Positions 15,268 through 28,345 of a stretch of 64,000 nucleotides of DNA are shown one piece after another; within the stretch, counting starts at the first letter, position 1; every line of letters starts with the position of its first letter. A program made the translations under genes and the position numbers. Below the pieces are notes generated by a model that saw only the letters and a program-made list of their open reading frames with translations, was not told the DNA's origin and did not search any database. The stretch is from the human T2T-CHM13v2.0 reference genome, Homo sapiens: NCBI RefSeq assembly GCF_009914755.1, contig NC_060928.1. One strand, given 5' to 3'.

Positions 15268-15564
15268 GGCCGGACACAGTGGCTCATACCTGTAATCTCA
15301 GCACTTTGGGAGACTGAGGCAGGTGGATCATTTGAGGTCAGGAGTTCGAGGCCAGTCTGACTAAAATGGTGAAACCCTGTCTCTACTAAAAATAGAAAAA
15401 TTAGCTGTGCATGGTGGCATGTGCCTATAATCCCAGCTATTTGGGAGGCTGAGGCAAGATAATCTAATGAACCCAGGAGGCTGAAGTTGTAGTGAGCTGA
15501 GATCGCGCTCCAGCCCTGGCAACAGAGGGAGATTCTGTCTCAAACTCAGAAAAAAAAAAAAAAA
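15268..15564 (+). mobile_element. AluS (Sx/Sz-like)
   Basis: ggccggacacagtggctcatacctgtaatc...ggatcatttgaggtcaggagttcgag...poly-A. Confidence 0.93.
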
Positions 15565-15569
15565 GTGAA

Positions 15570-16300
15570 GACAGCAGCTAATGGTTCACCAAACACTTCT
15601 TATCTTTATCTTGTACAAATATCAAATCTATTCTTCACAACCTTTATTTTTTGTTAAATATGGCTGTGTTATTGAGTGACCACTTTACTGGGTTCTAGAT
15701 ATCAAATGCATGGAAATGATGTGTACCACATCTAGCAAGGCCCATTGGTATTACCCATGTATGGTTCTCTCTCACTTGCCCTTCCATTGAAAACCACCAT
15801 ATCTATAATGGTAGAGATTTCATAGGAAAGTAACAAGAGACCCTGAAGCACTGATAAGAAGAGACCAACCTATTGACCAGAACCATCCTTTCGCTCCTTA
15901 TGTAAGTGATGAAGGCACTTCTACTGACTGCAGCCACAGAGATTACAGGGGTTAGATTTGATTTCTCTGATGTTACTTTGGCTAATGCAGAACTAGATGA
16001 GATGAAGGTATAAAAATAACTCTTAAAATATGTGATATTGACTTCATAATAGGGTAGATGAAAACAAGGAAACATATTGGAGGCCGAAGAGATGCAAAAC
16101 CATCATATGTAGTGATACAGTATACATTAAAGGTATTACTGCCATGACTTGTGAGGCAGTTCACATTGCCTATAGCTGCAAGAGAAGTAATTGAAGTGAT
16201 AATATATGTTGGCTTTTACTTTCACCTTTAGACATATTTTACTGGAAATTCACGAGCATTGACTAGACAATTTGTAAACATAAAAAAGAGAATAGAGAGA
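15570..16300 (+). mobile_element. Old MLT1 (I/J-like) LTR followed by MaLR internal sequence
   Basis: ggaaatgatgtgtaccacatctag, gccacagagatt...ggctaatgca, then aactcttaaaatatgtgatattgactt resembling the MLT-int start. Confidence 0.45.
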
Positions 16301-16657
16301 ATTTATAAATTTCAGGATACAAACAGTTGGAAGAGGAAAGGACTATATATCACCTAATGACTTAAAACTTTGAGCTGGGGCAATGACTGGACTGGATTTT
16401 GGGCAGATTCCATTGCAACCAGGGTGTGTTTCTAATATACGAGAAGATGATAGCCAGTGGCCAGAAGGAAAAAATATTTTCTAAGACAAAAGGGAGCCTT
16501 TACATAGAAGATATATGAAATTTTGATTACTGATTTGAAGATAGAAACACGCTTTTTGAATTTAAGTGATACTAAATGAACACTTATTATTATTTTAAAG
16601 ATTTTATTTGTTACAGAAATCAACATTAACTAAGACATTTAACCTTCCCTCTCACAC

Positions 16658-17026
16658 TGCTATGGTTGAATGTGCTCCCAAAATTCATGTTAAAACTTAA
16701 TCCTCAAGGTAACAGTATTAAGAGACAGGGCTTTTAAGAGGTGATTATGTCATGAGAGCAGAACCCTCATTAATGGCATGAGAGGCCTTATATAAGGGCT
16801 GGAGGGAACTAGCTAGGCCCTTTTTGCTTTTCTGCCTTTGGCCATGTTAGGACACAGCAACAAAGCACCATCTTAGAAGCAGACAGCAGCCCTCACCAGA
16901 CAACAAATGCTGGAGCCTTGATTCTAAACTGCCCAGCCTCCAGAACTATGAGAAATAAATTTCTGTTCTTCATAAATTACCCTGTCCCACATATTTTGTT
17001 ATAGCAGCCCAAACTAGACTAAGATG
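16658..17026 (+). mobile_element. MSTC/MSTD-type solo LTR (MaLR)
   Basis: tgctatggttgaatgtgctcccaaaattcatgtt...cagccctcaccagaca...gcctccagaactatgagaaataaatttctg...actaagatg; TSD-like cacac/catac. Confidence 0.88.
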
Positions 17027-17754
17027 CATACTATTGCTGTGATATCCCAAATATGCATGTGTATATGTTTGCGTGCATTTATGGTGCATAAAAAATATTT
17101 ATCTTTATCTATCTGTTGATCTATCTAATCAACTATACCTGCTAACAAATTTAATGTATTAAAATCTACATTTTCCATAGGGTAAGTCTCAATTATTATT
17201 AAGAAAAAGTGTCCCATTGTCTGTTTTTATTTGCTTGTTTTTTAAGATCAAATCAGGTTTATTTTTAACGCTTCTCCTAGTAGCTCAGGATAACACTGGA
17301 GTTTTGAATGAATTGATTGTTCAAAGAGGAGAAAAAGTACCCATTTCCATATACTTCCCAAGTATTTCTTAGGTATATCTTCCAGGTATCTTCCTCTCTT
17401 TTCTGCTATCACTCTATAGTGAGAAAGAATTAAGAAGAGGTAAGTACACATTATCATAACAGCCTACAGTGAGGTTGTTGTACTTCCTTGGCACATCAAA
17501 ATTCTGTTGTCTTATCTCATTGTCTACAGGTTCAATATAGAAAAGTCTAGTTATTGAAGAGCTTTCTAGCAAACAGCTTTCTAAGGCACTGGTGCTCCTT
17601 TGTGAATTGGCTTTATCTTCTTTCTGATTTGCAGGCAGCACCCATGTGTTGCATTTCTTTTAAACATGTATTCTTCTTTGTCTTATGCTATAGAAGGTCC
17701 TAGTAAGACTGTGAAAGAGATGAAGAATTAATAATTATAGAAGTACTAGTCATG

Positions 17755-17945
17755 AAGTAACCTATATTGAGAACTTACTAAGTTCCAAGAACTAAGTTCT
17801 TTGTATGTTAAATAATCTTTAATCATTATACTATTCCTATGAATACTATTTTCCCCATTTTATGATATGAATACCAAGGGACAGAAAAAACTCTCACAAA
17901 CTGATCAAGAAAATGGTGAGAACTCTTTAAAACTCCAAGGTCAAG
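17755..17945 (-). mobile_element. MIR SINE
   Basis: tattgagaacttactaagttcca...tactattttccccattttatgatatgaa. Confidence 0.6.
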
Positions 17946-18039
17946 AGTACAATGGAAGACAGCATCTAAGATGTGTTAGAAGTTAATAAGAAAATAGAAG
18001 GAATAAGTTCAAGAGGTCTATTGTACAACATAATCTTAA

Positions 18040-19420
18040 AAAAGAAATAAAAGAAACGGGTATTATTTGTAAAAAACAAAAAATCTCATATGCCAATACA
18101 TTTGGAATATTTAAATAAAATGGACAAATTCCACTTACTAAATATGACATAAATAATAGCATGCAACTTCAACATATGTGGAACTAATAGAGCAGTTCAG
18201 TCATTAATTAAAAGCATTTTATGAAGAAAAATTCCAGCCCAAATGGCTTTATTAATACAGCCTACCAAACAATCAAATAGAAAAACATAAAATATTCCAT
18301 AAATACTTTCAGAAATAAGAAAAAGAAAGTAGAGCAAACATCTCATTTTGGGATACTACTGTAATATTTTTGGGAAAATCTAAAAAAAAACAAATTTTAA
18401 TATCATTAATGAAAATAGACACAAAAACTCTTTAGAAAGTTTCCAATCAAATCTAGAATTATATTAAAATGGTAAATAAGATAGGGCATATTAAAGAGCA
18501 GTAACTAATAAAACAAAGTATATGTGCAAATAAATACGATCAAAAAATCCAAAAGATAATTTGCAAATTAAGTTTAAAATCTGATATTCAAGCAATATCC
18601 ACATTAACATAATTAAAGAGATATATCATATGATTATCTCAATAAATGCAGAAAAGCATTTATGAAATTAACAGGTATTATTAATTGAATACATAAGTTA
18701 GAAAAGGGAACACTGTTGTTGCTGTCATAAAGCATGTTTTTTAAAAATCTACATCAAACATAATGAAAGGTTGAAAGTCTTTTCTTTGAAATTGTGAAAA
18801 TGACAAAAATGCACTCATTCAACACATCTATTCAATAAACTTGAAGGTCCCACCAATGCTCTAACATAAGAAAACAATAAGAGCTATAGATATAGAGACT
18901 TAAAGGACAAACAAGTCTGTTATTATTTTAGAAAATAGTTCGTCTTCATAGAAAACCCAAAAGATATTATAGTCAATATATTAGCATAAATAAATGACAT
19001 TCTAAGTGCTCATGGAGATAAGATTAGCATAGAAAAATCACATGTACCAATATATAGAAAATTGATAGGTATATATAGAAAATATATATCAATATATATG
19101 TGTATGGGCAACAAAAATAACAAAAACAAATACTTTTTACAATAGCATTACAATGATCAAAAATTACTAATAAAACTAATAAAAGATAAGTAAATCTGCT
19201 ATTCAAAATAAAATTTTAAAGATATTTTAAACAAATTAAACTGAGGAATAAGCCACAATAATGGAGCTGAAAGGCTCAAAATTTATAAACTTTCTCATAA
19301 AATTGATCTAATTATTCATTGCAATCTTTTTCAAATAGCTGACACTTTTCTTATGCATATTAACAAATTCTAAAATTCATATGGAAACTAAAGTGTCATG
19401 AATAGCTACGAAACTCTAGA
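18040..19420 (+). mobile_element. L1ME ORF2 (RT region) fragment
   Basis: aaaatggacaaattcc, aaaattccagcccaaatggcttta, atgattatctcaataaatgcagaaaagcattt, ttctaaaattcatatggaa. Confidence 0.8.
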
Positions 19421-19635
19421 AGAGGAAAGGAAGGAAAAAAGATGAGGAAGAGGAAGAGGGAGAAAGACAGAGGGCAAGAGGGCTTGTTATTGGTATCATG
19501 TATATTTCTGATTTTTTATTCTAAAATCTCAATACTACTCATTTATAAGTTAAAATATTATTAAAATCACCAGCTTATCTCAATCACAAAATGCCACCAC
19601 TTAAACCACGTAAAAAACTACTAAAAGTACTTAAT

Positions 19636-19880
19636 CTACTACTACTATTACTACTACTACTAGCTAACATTTATTGATCACTTGCTATATGCTAAGCAAT
19701 CTGCCAAGGACTTTTATGGATTATCTCATTTAACCCTTAAAATACATTTATATGGCAGCTATCATAATTGTTCTTTCTTTTCTCAGGTGAAAATGTATTA
19801 GAGTGAGTAAAGTACTAACAGATGCTAGAGCCAACATTTGAACCATTTTTATCTTGTTAACTCTGAAATTTCAATCACTG
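19636..19880 (-). mobile_element. MIR with a (TAC)n tail
   Basis: (tac)n then tagctaacatttattgatcacttgctatatgctaagc...ttatctcatttaacc. Confidence 0.75.
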
Positions 19881-21109
19881 ATGCATCAGATATCATTTTA
19901 ACAATAAAGACCAAAGTAAGATGATTGGTTTTAACTTATAGATTCAATACGGTGAAACAGAACTACAACTGCATTGGTAATCAAGAAAGAAACTAGACTG
20001 GACTGAAAAGTCCCAGGTTTACAAATTAATTTTAAGTGATGGTGAAATTCATTTTTCTATTGTTCAAAAGGTAGAATTACAGTTTTAGGAATCTGTCCAT
20101 TTACAATGACCCATGGGTTTTCCGTGTATTTTGCCCTGCTGCTCAGTGAGAAACGTGGTATTTAATGATTAAGGTACAATAGAATTTCCTTTTATCTTCT
20201 CGACCATATGTCCTGGCATACATAGTGCATGTGAATAGAACTCAACATCCTCATCCAATATCTTTCTTGGCAAATATAGTTTTACTGCACACTAAACTTA
20301 CTTTATACTGCTTGTAGAATAAGAGAAAATGTATTAGAGTAGCCTGTCCAAGAAATGAAAATGACAGATAAAAGATTTAAATATGAACTACAGTACCAAT
20401 AAAGGCTAACAAAATGCTTGCAAAGAGATGTCTAAGTAATAACATTTATTTTGATGTAATGTTATTTAGAGCTGAGGACAAGGGCCTCTGTTCATTCCAG
20501 GAAATGGAGTTAGTAAGAGGAGTTCAATTAAATGCTGCTTCTCAGAAATATGGGTCAATAATTATTGGTCTCTAAAGGCTAGTTTTCTATCCTGCCATTA
20601 CACTGGGGTTTTCTGACATTTTAGGAAAAAGTATTTTCCTTATTTTGAATTCTATTACACTTTCTTTTTATCACACTATACATATTTCTGAAATCTTTCT
20701 TATATAAAAGTAAATCTATTTTTAAAGGGCAAATAGCAATATTCAGGAAGATTATTTATTTGAAGAAGACATTGAGATTTTTCAAAAGATAAAATTTCTG
20801 TGTCTGCAAAAGCTCATGATTTGAAAGCAGATGGCATTTATATAACAACAAAATAGAAATTAATTTGTTTTGCTCTTGGGACTTGAGAAATGCAGGACGT
20901 ATTAGAGGGATAAAAGATGCAAGCATTGTCCTTTGGAAAACCCTAAAATTTTATATAAGGGTAAAAGTAAGAACCAGATTTGGGTTCTAGTACTGGTTTG
21001 CAACTAATTAGGCTTTCATTCTTAACTAAGTCCTTCATCTATTATGGGCTTCGAATTAAATGGTTTGATAAATTCACTCAGTCAATGAAAATGTATGTGA
21101 TCATGTCGG

Positions 21110-21340
21110 TCAAATTATGTCTGCTCTGTCCAAATCCCTCCATGAGTTTCCCATCACTTCTAGAGTAAAAGCCAAAGTTTTGAAAATGACAACATCGTCT
21201 AATACTCAATTCTTCCAAACTTCACACAAGCCTCCGTGGCCTCACTGCTAATGCTAGACTAAGGCCAGTCACATCTCCCAGGGGGGCAACTGGCTGCACA
21301 CACTGGCTGTACCATGTGTGTCTGGAATGCTGTCTTCCCT
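21110..21340 (+). mobile_element. L2 fragment
   Basis: tttcccatcacttctagagtaaaagccaaagt...tctggaatgctgtcttccc. Confidence 0.6.
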
Positions 21341-21742
21341 GGAGAAGAGTCTTTGCTTGACTAAACTTTAGTCGGGATCCTAAACCTTCTTCTAGGTCCA
21401 TCTGTTCACTTCCTTATAAAATCCAGTTTTAGCAAAGACTACTGCTAAGTTCATTTAGTGAGAAACCCCCACCCTTGATGTCTGATCACTCTCAATATCT
21501 GATAAGGGACCTCATCCTTTACCATCCCCTAGATGATGTCTGATCACCCTGGCCTTTCTTCAGCAAGAATTCTCTTAGGTCATCTTCACTAGAATCCTCT
21601 ACAATTATGATGTTCCCACTTATTAACTTGCCATGCACTGATCCTTATCCTGCTCCTCGGCTATAAATTTTCACTTGCCCATTCTATATTTGGAGTTGAG
21701 CTCAATCTTTCTCCTTTAATGCAAACTACCATTGCAGTGGTT
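21340..21742 (+). mobile_element. MER31-like LTR (ERV1, MER4 group), 3'-truncated
   Basis: gcttgactaaactttagtc...ttccttataaaatccagttttagcaaag...gatgtctgatcaccctggcc...ctcggctataaat...ggagttgagctcaatct. Confidence 0.75.
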
Positions 21743-22299
21743 TAGAAACACTCAGGACTGATTAAACTTACAAAGCATCACCAGATTATCACAGGAAAAA
21801 ATATATATGCATATATACTTTTTACTATATTTTACTATATTGCATATATAATTTTATTACATGTTATATATAATTTTTCAATAATAAAAAGGCATGATAA
21901 GAAAAGATAACTAAATACAGTCCCTGGAAGAGGTAACACTGTAGAATGCTCATTAGAGGTGTTAGGTAGAAATCTATTGTTATATTTTCTGCAAACCTAT
22001 AAAACAGCATCTAAATACACATACAGTTATTCCAATATACGTGGTCATTGGAAGTAATTATGTATCAGTAGACTCATATTACCTTAATTTTTCCAATTAG
22101 TATTTCTGAGTGAACCATATGGACAAGGGTAAAAGCCAAAGTTTTAGATTCTAGCAAAAGGAGATAATTCTTTGGTTTAAAGATGTGGATGAGAATTATA
22201 GGTATTATGAAAGCCTGGTGACTCCACTGTGCTCTCTTTATCTTATACTGATAAGGAAGGCTGAGACACACTTGGAATAAGAAGTAAAATATTGGTTGC

Positions 22300-23225
22300 T
22301 CAAAGCGGTAAATAGATAATAAATAAACATGATAATTACAGAATACTGTATGTTCTGTTAAGGAAATAAAGTAGGGTAATTGAAGAGTAAAGTGAAGAGG
22401 ACACTTTGGGTATTCACTAAGACCTATTTTAGCTAAAATCCCTGTCTCCCTGCGCTTTTTTTATGGAAAGAGAAAAAGAAGTCCATTTGGCTTTAACTCA
22501 TATCAAAGGATGAGTCACAGGATAGAAGTCAGAGAGGTTAAAAAGAGTCAGAATTTATTGCCACTCATAGCTTTATTATGATTCATTGTCATTGTAAGGT
22601 TTTCTGCCAAAAAAAAAAAACGAAGATTTTTTTTTCTTTCTGTTTTAGAAGAATCACTTATGCAGCACACAGCACTGAAGAGAAATCAATATAGTAATAC
22701 TACTTAGGAGGCTATTGGAATAATTTGAGTGAGAACCAATATAAGCTTGGACCGGAATGATAGGAGAGGAGGTCGTGAGGAGTGGTTGCATTATGGTTAT
22801 ATTTTGAACATAAAGCCAGCAGAAATTATTAATGAATTAGTTATTTAATGTGAGAGAAAAAGAGGTGTCAAGAATGACCCTATGGTTTTTACATCTTAGT
22901 ACCAAAAAGAATATAAGGAGTTACTAACTAAAATAAAAAAAATTATGGAATAGACCTAGAAGAATAAAGGAGTTACTAACTAAAATAAAAAAATATGGAA
23001 TAAGACAGGTTTCTGAACAGAAGATCAGGAACTCAATTTTTTGCATATTAAGTTTAAAATGACTATAAGATATCCAAATGTCCAAATGTGAAGGTTGATT
23101 AAGTAAAATAGAGTAGTCTGAAATTAACAAAAAATGTTAAGGAGTAAGGATGTATAGATGTTTTTAATTCCATGAGACTAGATGAGATTACTACTGAAGT
23201 GGTACCAAATGGAAAAATATGCCCT
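22300..23225 (-). mobile_element. L2a fragment
   Basis: ttaggaggctattggaataatttgagtgaga...tatattttgaa...gtgagagaaaaagaggtgtcaagaatgac. Confidence 0.8.
22907..23006. repeat. Two-copy tandem duplication, period about 52 bp
   Basis: aaggagttactaactaaaataaaaaaa(at/ta)tatggaata occurs twice. Confidence 0.9.
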
Positions 23226-23344
23226 CAGTAACAATAGAGACCTATGTAGAAACATGTCGTCAGTAGTCTCACTGGCTGTGCACTTGCTTCTGTTTAGGTT
23301 TCCAGTTGTCAAAAGAAAGAATTTGCTATAGCTCAAATGTCATA

Positions 23345-23470
23345 AAGGACAAAGTCATAGGTTGAATTCTGGCTCTATATACAGTTAGCTGTGTAAATTA
23401 GGGAAAGCAAATTAAACTCTGAGCTGTGTCTTTATTGATAACAATAGGACACAGATAATATGTTCCTGAT
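23345..23470 (+). mobile_element. MIR fragment
   Basis: ggttgaattctggctctat...ttagctgtgtaaattagggaaagcaattaaactctgagct. Confidence 0.6.
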
Positions 23471-24546
23471 TTCTGATAATATCTTCCATTCTGGTAGTAA
23501 ATAATTTTTGTGAAAAATTAATTATTTTTGAAATTAATAAATATATATAAAATAAAATTTCTGTTTTACCCTTAACAATGTGTAAACTAATTATCTTCCT
23601 CCTTTGACTATTAACACCCTTCTCTAAAGAGCTATTTTTTCTAAATAAAAATCAAAACTATTAAAACAGAATGAAAAAATTTTGTGATATGCTCTGATTG
23701 CTATTTTTCTTGATTATTAGAAGAATTTTATTATTGCCTCACTTCAATAATTTGAAATGCTTAAACATGTTGGCAGCCAAAAAAAGATTGAAGTAGTTCA
23801 TGCTAGTACTGGTCACAAAACATATAGTTTCTATATAATCCAGTAATGTCAAAGGCTATCAATAAGATGTGCTGTATAAATATATACTTTATATACATAT
23901 ACAAAATAAACAAATATATATAGATATATAGAGAGTAACAGAGAGAGAGACCCACAGCTATATATATATAAAAAATGTATATGTGTTACTGCCAAGAAAA
24001 TGTGTGTTTGTGAGTGTAAATATATAGGGATTTGGTGTTTACATTTATACTTCAATTTCTTCTGTTTGGAAAGTGACTATCTAAAAACAAAAGCAAAAAT
24101 AAAACCTAAGAGTTTTTGAGGCATTATTAACATCAGTCAGTTCTTATGGAAAATATACTTGATGCGTGAAGAGTGAATAAGTCAAGTTTTTATAGTAATT
24201 AACTTTCCAAGTGGTCAAACTGCTAAATTCCTCTACACTGTATCTTTCTCTAAATATACAAAATGTCTAAAAGTCCAACAATCAATGAACCATGCAAAAT
24301 TTTTATGTATATCCTCTCAAGTATGTGATTATTCTTATTTTCTAAATGTGTATAAGTGAAAATTAAATTTGAAGTAGTACAGTTGAATATTATATATATG
24401 TGTGTGTGTGTGTTGGGGGGGTTTAGGAATTTAGTGTTAAATTTTCTTACAAATTCACGTTCGACTAATTTATAATATTGAACTATTATTAAAATTTAAA
24501 AGTTGTAATCCTTTAATCTAGGCTTGGTATTCTTAGTTATTTAATA

Positions 24547-24623
24547 TTAAGTTGTTGCAAAAGTAATTGCAGCTAACCAGCCAACAAATTCGGTTAAAAG
24601 CAATTACTTTTGCACCAACCAAA
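24547..24623. mobile_element. MADE1 (Hsmar1-derived mariner MITE)
   Basis: Inverted arms ttaagttgttgcaaaagtaattgc / gcaattacttttgcaccaaccaaa (21/24 complementary), about 80 bp, TA on the left. Confidence 0.88.
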
Positions 24624-26104
24624 TTCTAATATTAACCTAATACTTAGGAATATTTTGAAATTTCCACATAATTCAAATTCATGTGCATGTGAATTCAGTA
24701 GTGTCTGGTTGTCTTGTGAAAGAATGTTATCTGAATATAGCACTTGAGTTTGATATCTCTGGGTTCAGGTTATTGACTGTCAAGGGATTGAGGATCTATA
24801 GGTTAAATTTATAATAATGTTTAAAAGCCAGGAAACAATACAGATGAAGTCAGGAAATACTAACTTAATCGAAGTTCTAGATTTTATAAGAAGTTGGATT
24901 GGTTGAAACAAGACAAGACTATATGTCTCAGAAGCTTCTCAGAAGTTAAAATGTTTTATGCAATTTGTACAATATTACTTAAAGGTTTAAAATGTTTTTT
25001 GTAAATAAATAACATTTTTCTGAAAAGCAATTTTTTATTTTATTTGGAGGCTTACATACGTACTTTTTAACCTAAGAAGTGAACCACTTCCAAAGAAAAT
25101 AAACATAAATAAAGTTTAAGTGTATAATTGTTTGAAAATCCAAAACAGTCCAATAGTAAGAAATTGGACTACATGTGTAATGATTTATTCACAGAACACA
25201 CTAGCATAAAATCATTAATATATTTTCAAAGAACATTTAATAACATAAGAAAAGTTTATTTAAAAATGCACAGTTAAAAAGTACAAGGAAGGTTATTATC
25301 ATTTATTTTATATTCATCACTTTGATTAAATTACAAAAAGAAAAACTATACGCAACCAACCATGTGTTGATAACAATGTGTATTTTGTAAGTGATATTTT
25401 GAATAATTTACCTTTCTGAAGTTTTCCAGACCTTGCACAGGTAATGTTTTTGTCATAAGAAACAAGTAATTTATTGAAAAAATATATTCTTGGCTATCTT
25501 AATATTTTGTTATTCATACAAGCAAGATACCAAGTAGGTCTCATGTGCTTTTATTGTCTCAGAACTTGGTTTATACTGAGGAAAATCAATCTATATTTAT
25601 TGGTGAACTAAACCATATTGCTTAAGATCTCTCTATACACTATTCTGATAAAAAGCTATAAAAAGAAGAAAGAAACACAAACTTTCATAAAACATTTGTT
25701 TGTTTGAAGTCACTTAGACTTAGCATTTTTCCTTGAAAAGCTTCATGAATAATTGAGCCTAATGTTCATGAAAAGCTCTGGCTGAATTCTAAAACTACAA
25801 AAATGTATACTGTTACAACAGGCCTATTAAGGCAATTTAAATTTGATATGAAATGGATCCTAGACTATACAACAGAACTGACTACTGAGTCAAAAGGACT
25901 GACTTTGAAGAATGATGATATGGGCTTATAAATGTCATCATGAAAGTGCTGATGTAAGGCAAAGTCTAACGTGCTCACTAGAAATTTTAAAAGAAAACAA
26001 AGTTTGAAAAATAGAGATTGTAGAGATTGTAGCTCATTTAGAATTTGTCTAGCAGGCTTACTGGCTCACCACCTCCCCACTCCCCGATACACACACACCT
26101 ACTG

Positions 26105-26320
26105 ATAGAAGAACTGGGTTCCCAGTTGCATCTCTGTTTTTAGTAGCTGTGAGATTTTGAACACATTTCTTGAGGTCTCCTAGTTTCAGGGTCCTAATTC
26201 ACTAAATGGATTAATAATAGTATTTACTTCCATCTCATGTGTTTTTAGTGTGCATTTAATGTGCTAATTTTTCTATAGTTCTTAGTATTATACCTGGAAA
26301 TACTCACATTTATTACTATG
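26105..26320 (+). mobile_element. MIR SINE
   Basis: ctgggttcccag...tagtagctgtgag...aaatggattaataatagtatttac...cttagtattatacctgg. Confidence 0.65.
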
Positions 26321-28202
26321 ATTATTTACTTACTTTCTATAGTTTTCCTGTACAGGAGAATCAGATAAATGTATTATTCAAAGCTCCTAAAAACAGACCA
26401 GGAACCACAAGTGAGAGAGTTTTCAATCTCAATGGAACAAGAACAAACTGATCAATAGGTTTCTCTTCATTAAATAGGAGGGCTTTAATTCATGTTGAAA
26501 TATGTGTTGGACATCTATTCATACTTGAAGTTCCAATTAAGATGAACTGAAGTAATACAGGCATAGGATCTTTATAAACTGTGAAGTTAAGTGCAAATAT
26601 TAGGGATGATTGCTAATATCACCAGAATTTCTTTATAAGCATAGCAATTGATATTCAAATTAGCAAATATCTTTTGCAACATACTAAAGCACTTTAAGAG
26701 TTAGTTTTTCCTTAGGAAAAAATATATATCTTATTTCCTAGGAATAATTTACAAACTTGAACAATTTAGCAGAATTTGCATTATCAATTATTTTAAAAGA
26801 GTTTCATTTTAGGAAAGTCCTTTTTAATTCTATAATATTGTAATTCATCTTTATTTTAAATGGTATAACTTCTATACTGAATTAATATTTTAATTTGACT
26901 AAAATTGCATTTTCCCCTAAACATACCTTTTCATGAACAAATATCTCTATGCAGTTAAAAATCAGTTTCAACTTAGGATTCATCGTCATAGAATATATTG
27001 GGCAAAAAAAAAATGTGAGTCTATTTGCCAACTCAAAGCACTGTGAACATTGGTGCAGTGAATATATATTAACTCTCCAGGGAAGGTTTTCTGACAGTAG
27101 TGCTTATATGACACATACTATCTCTTGACCCATGAAATGCATTGCACATGATCAATTTGTTACTTGAATTGTCCTAATGGGAGAAGGTTGTCATTCACTC
27201 ACTGAGGTAAATTGAGTGTAATAAATAATTTCATTGGCTGCATCATTAATATTGTATTATTTATGTAAATAAGAGCAGCGCTTTATATCAGTTTTACACT
27301 GAAATACTATTTGATATTTATGTGGTAAGTTTTAATAGAGCACTTAAAAAGACCAAAGAAACACAATATTTTTGTCTTATTTTACCCTTAATATTGTGAT
27401 GGGTAAATGAAATTGAATAACCTAAATAACTTGTGACTGGCCAGCCCTTAAAAGAGAAACAAATCTATTTTATTCTATTCTGTCTTTTTCTACCATATTA
27501 TGAATTTCTTCATACATGATTATGGTTTCTCAGACTAAGGTTAATAAAGATACACAATGACCTTAGGATCATACTGGACAGTTTACAAAGTACTTCCACA
27601 TCTATTTGAAGTGGGTTCTGACTTTTCTGGCTGGACTTCATCATGAATTGACTCAGAAAGCAAGTTGCCAGGGCAGAGAGCAAACAGTTCACACAATTTT
27701 GCTCAGACTATATTGAAAGTTACCAAGGAAAAATGAATTGAGTATATGAAGCAATTTGAATCATCTAAAACTCAACACCTATTTATCAAAGGTATCTAGC
27801 AGACTATTTGTACCCAAAAATCTAAACATGAGTTTTTGAGTAAATTAAATTTGGATTTGGCCAGAGTTGTAGTTAAACCAGTTTTATTTTTTTAACTGTC
27901 ATAAACTTGAGTTCTTCAAGAAAGGTAGATATACCTTACTGCACGAGATGATTAAGAAAACTAAAGAAATGAGATAATGTGTGAAATTTTCAGCAGGTGT
28001 CTCTTTGAACCATGTTCATACGCTTCTCATTTCCCTACTACATTTTACTGTAATGCAAATTTACTTTAAGCCTTCTCCCACAGATTATGAGCTATTTAAT
28101 TGCATGGGAATTATATTCTTCTTCTCTGCATTTCTAGTTCACGGCATTAAATTATACATTAATTCATTCTTCCATTAACTTCCTCATTCAACAAATACCT
28201 TA

Positions 28203-28345
28203 AGTCTGGTGCAGTGGCTCACACCTGTAATTCCAACAATTTAGGAGGCCAATGTGGGGAGAATCACTTGAGACTAAGAGTTTGAAACCAGCCTGGGCAA
28301 CATAGCAAGACCCTATCTTTACAAAAAATTATAAATAACTTAAAA
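28203..28345 (+). mobile_element. FLAM_C / AluJ left monomer
   Basis: gcagtggctcacacctgtaattcca...gaatcacttgagactaagagtttgaaaccagcctgggcaacatagcaagaccc; flanks aaataccttaa / aaatactttaa. Confidence 0.88.

Noticed and set aside
20495-20547. Two STAT GAS-like sites (TTCCAGGAA, TTCTCAGAA)
   Set aside because: TTCN3GAA is frequent in AT-rich DNA and there is no other support.
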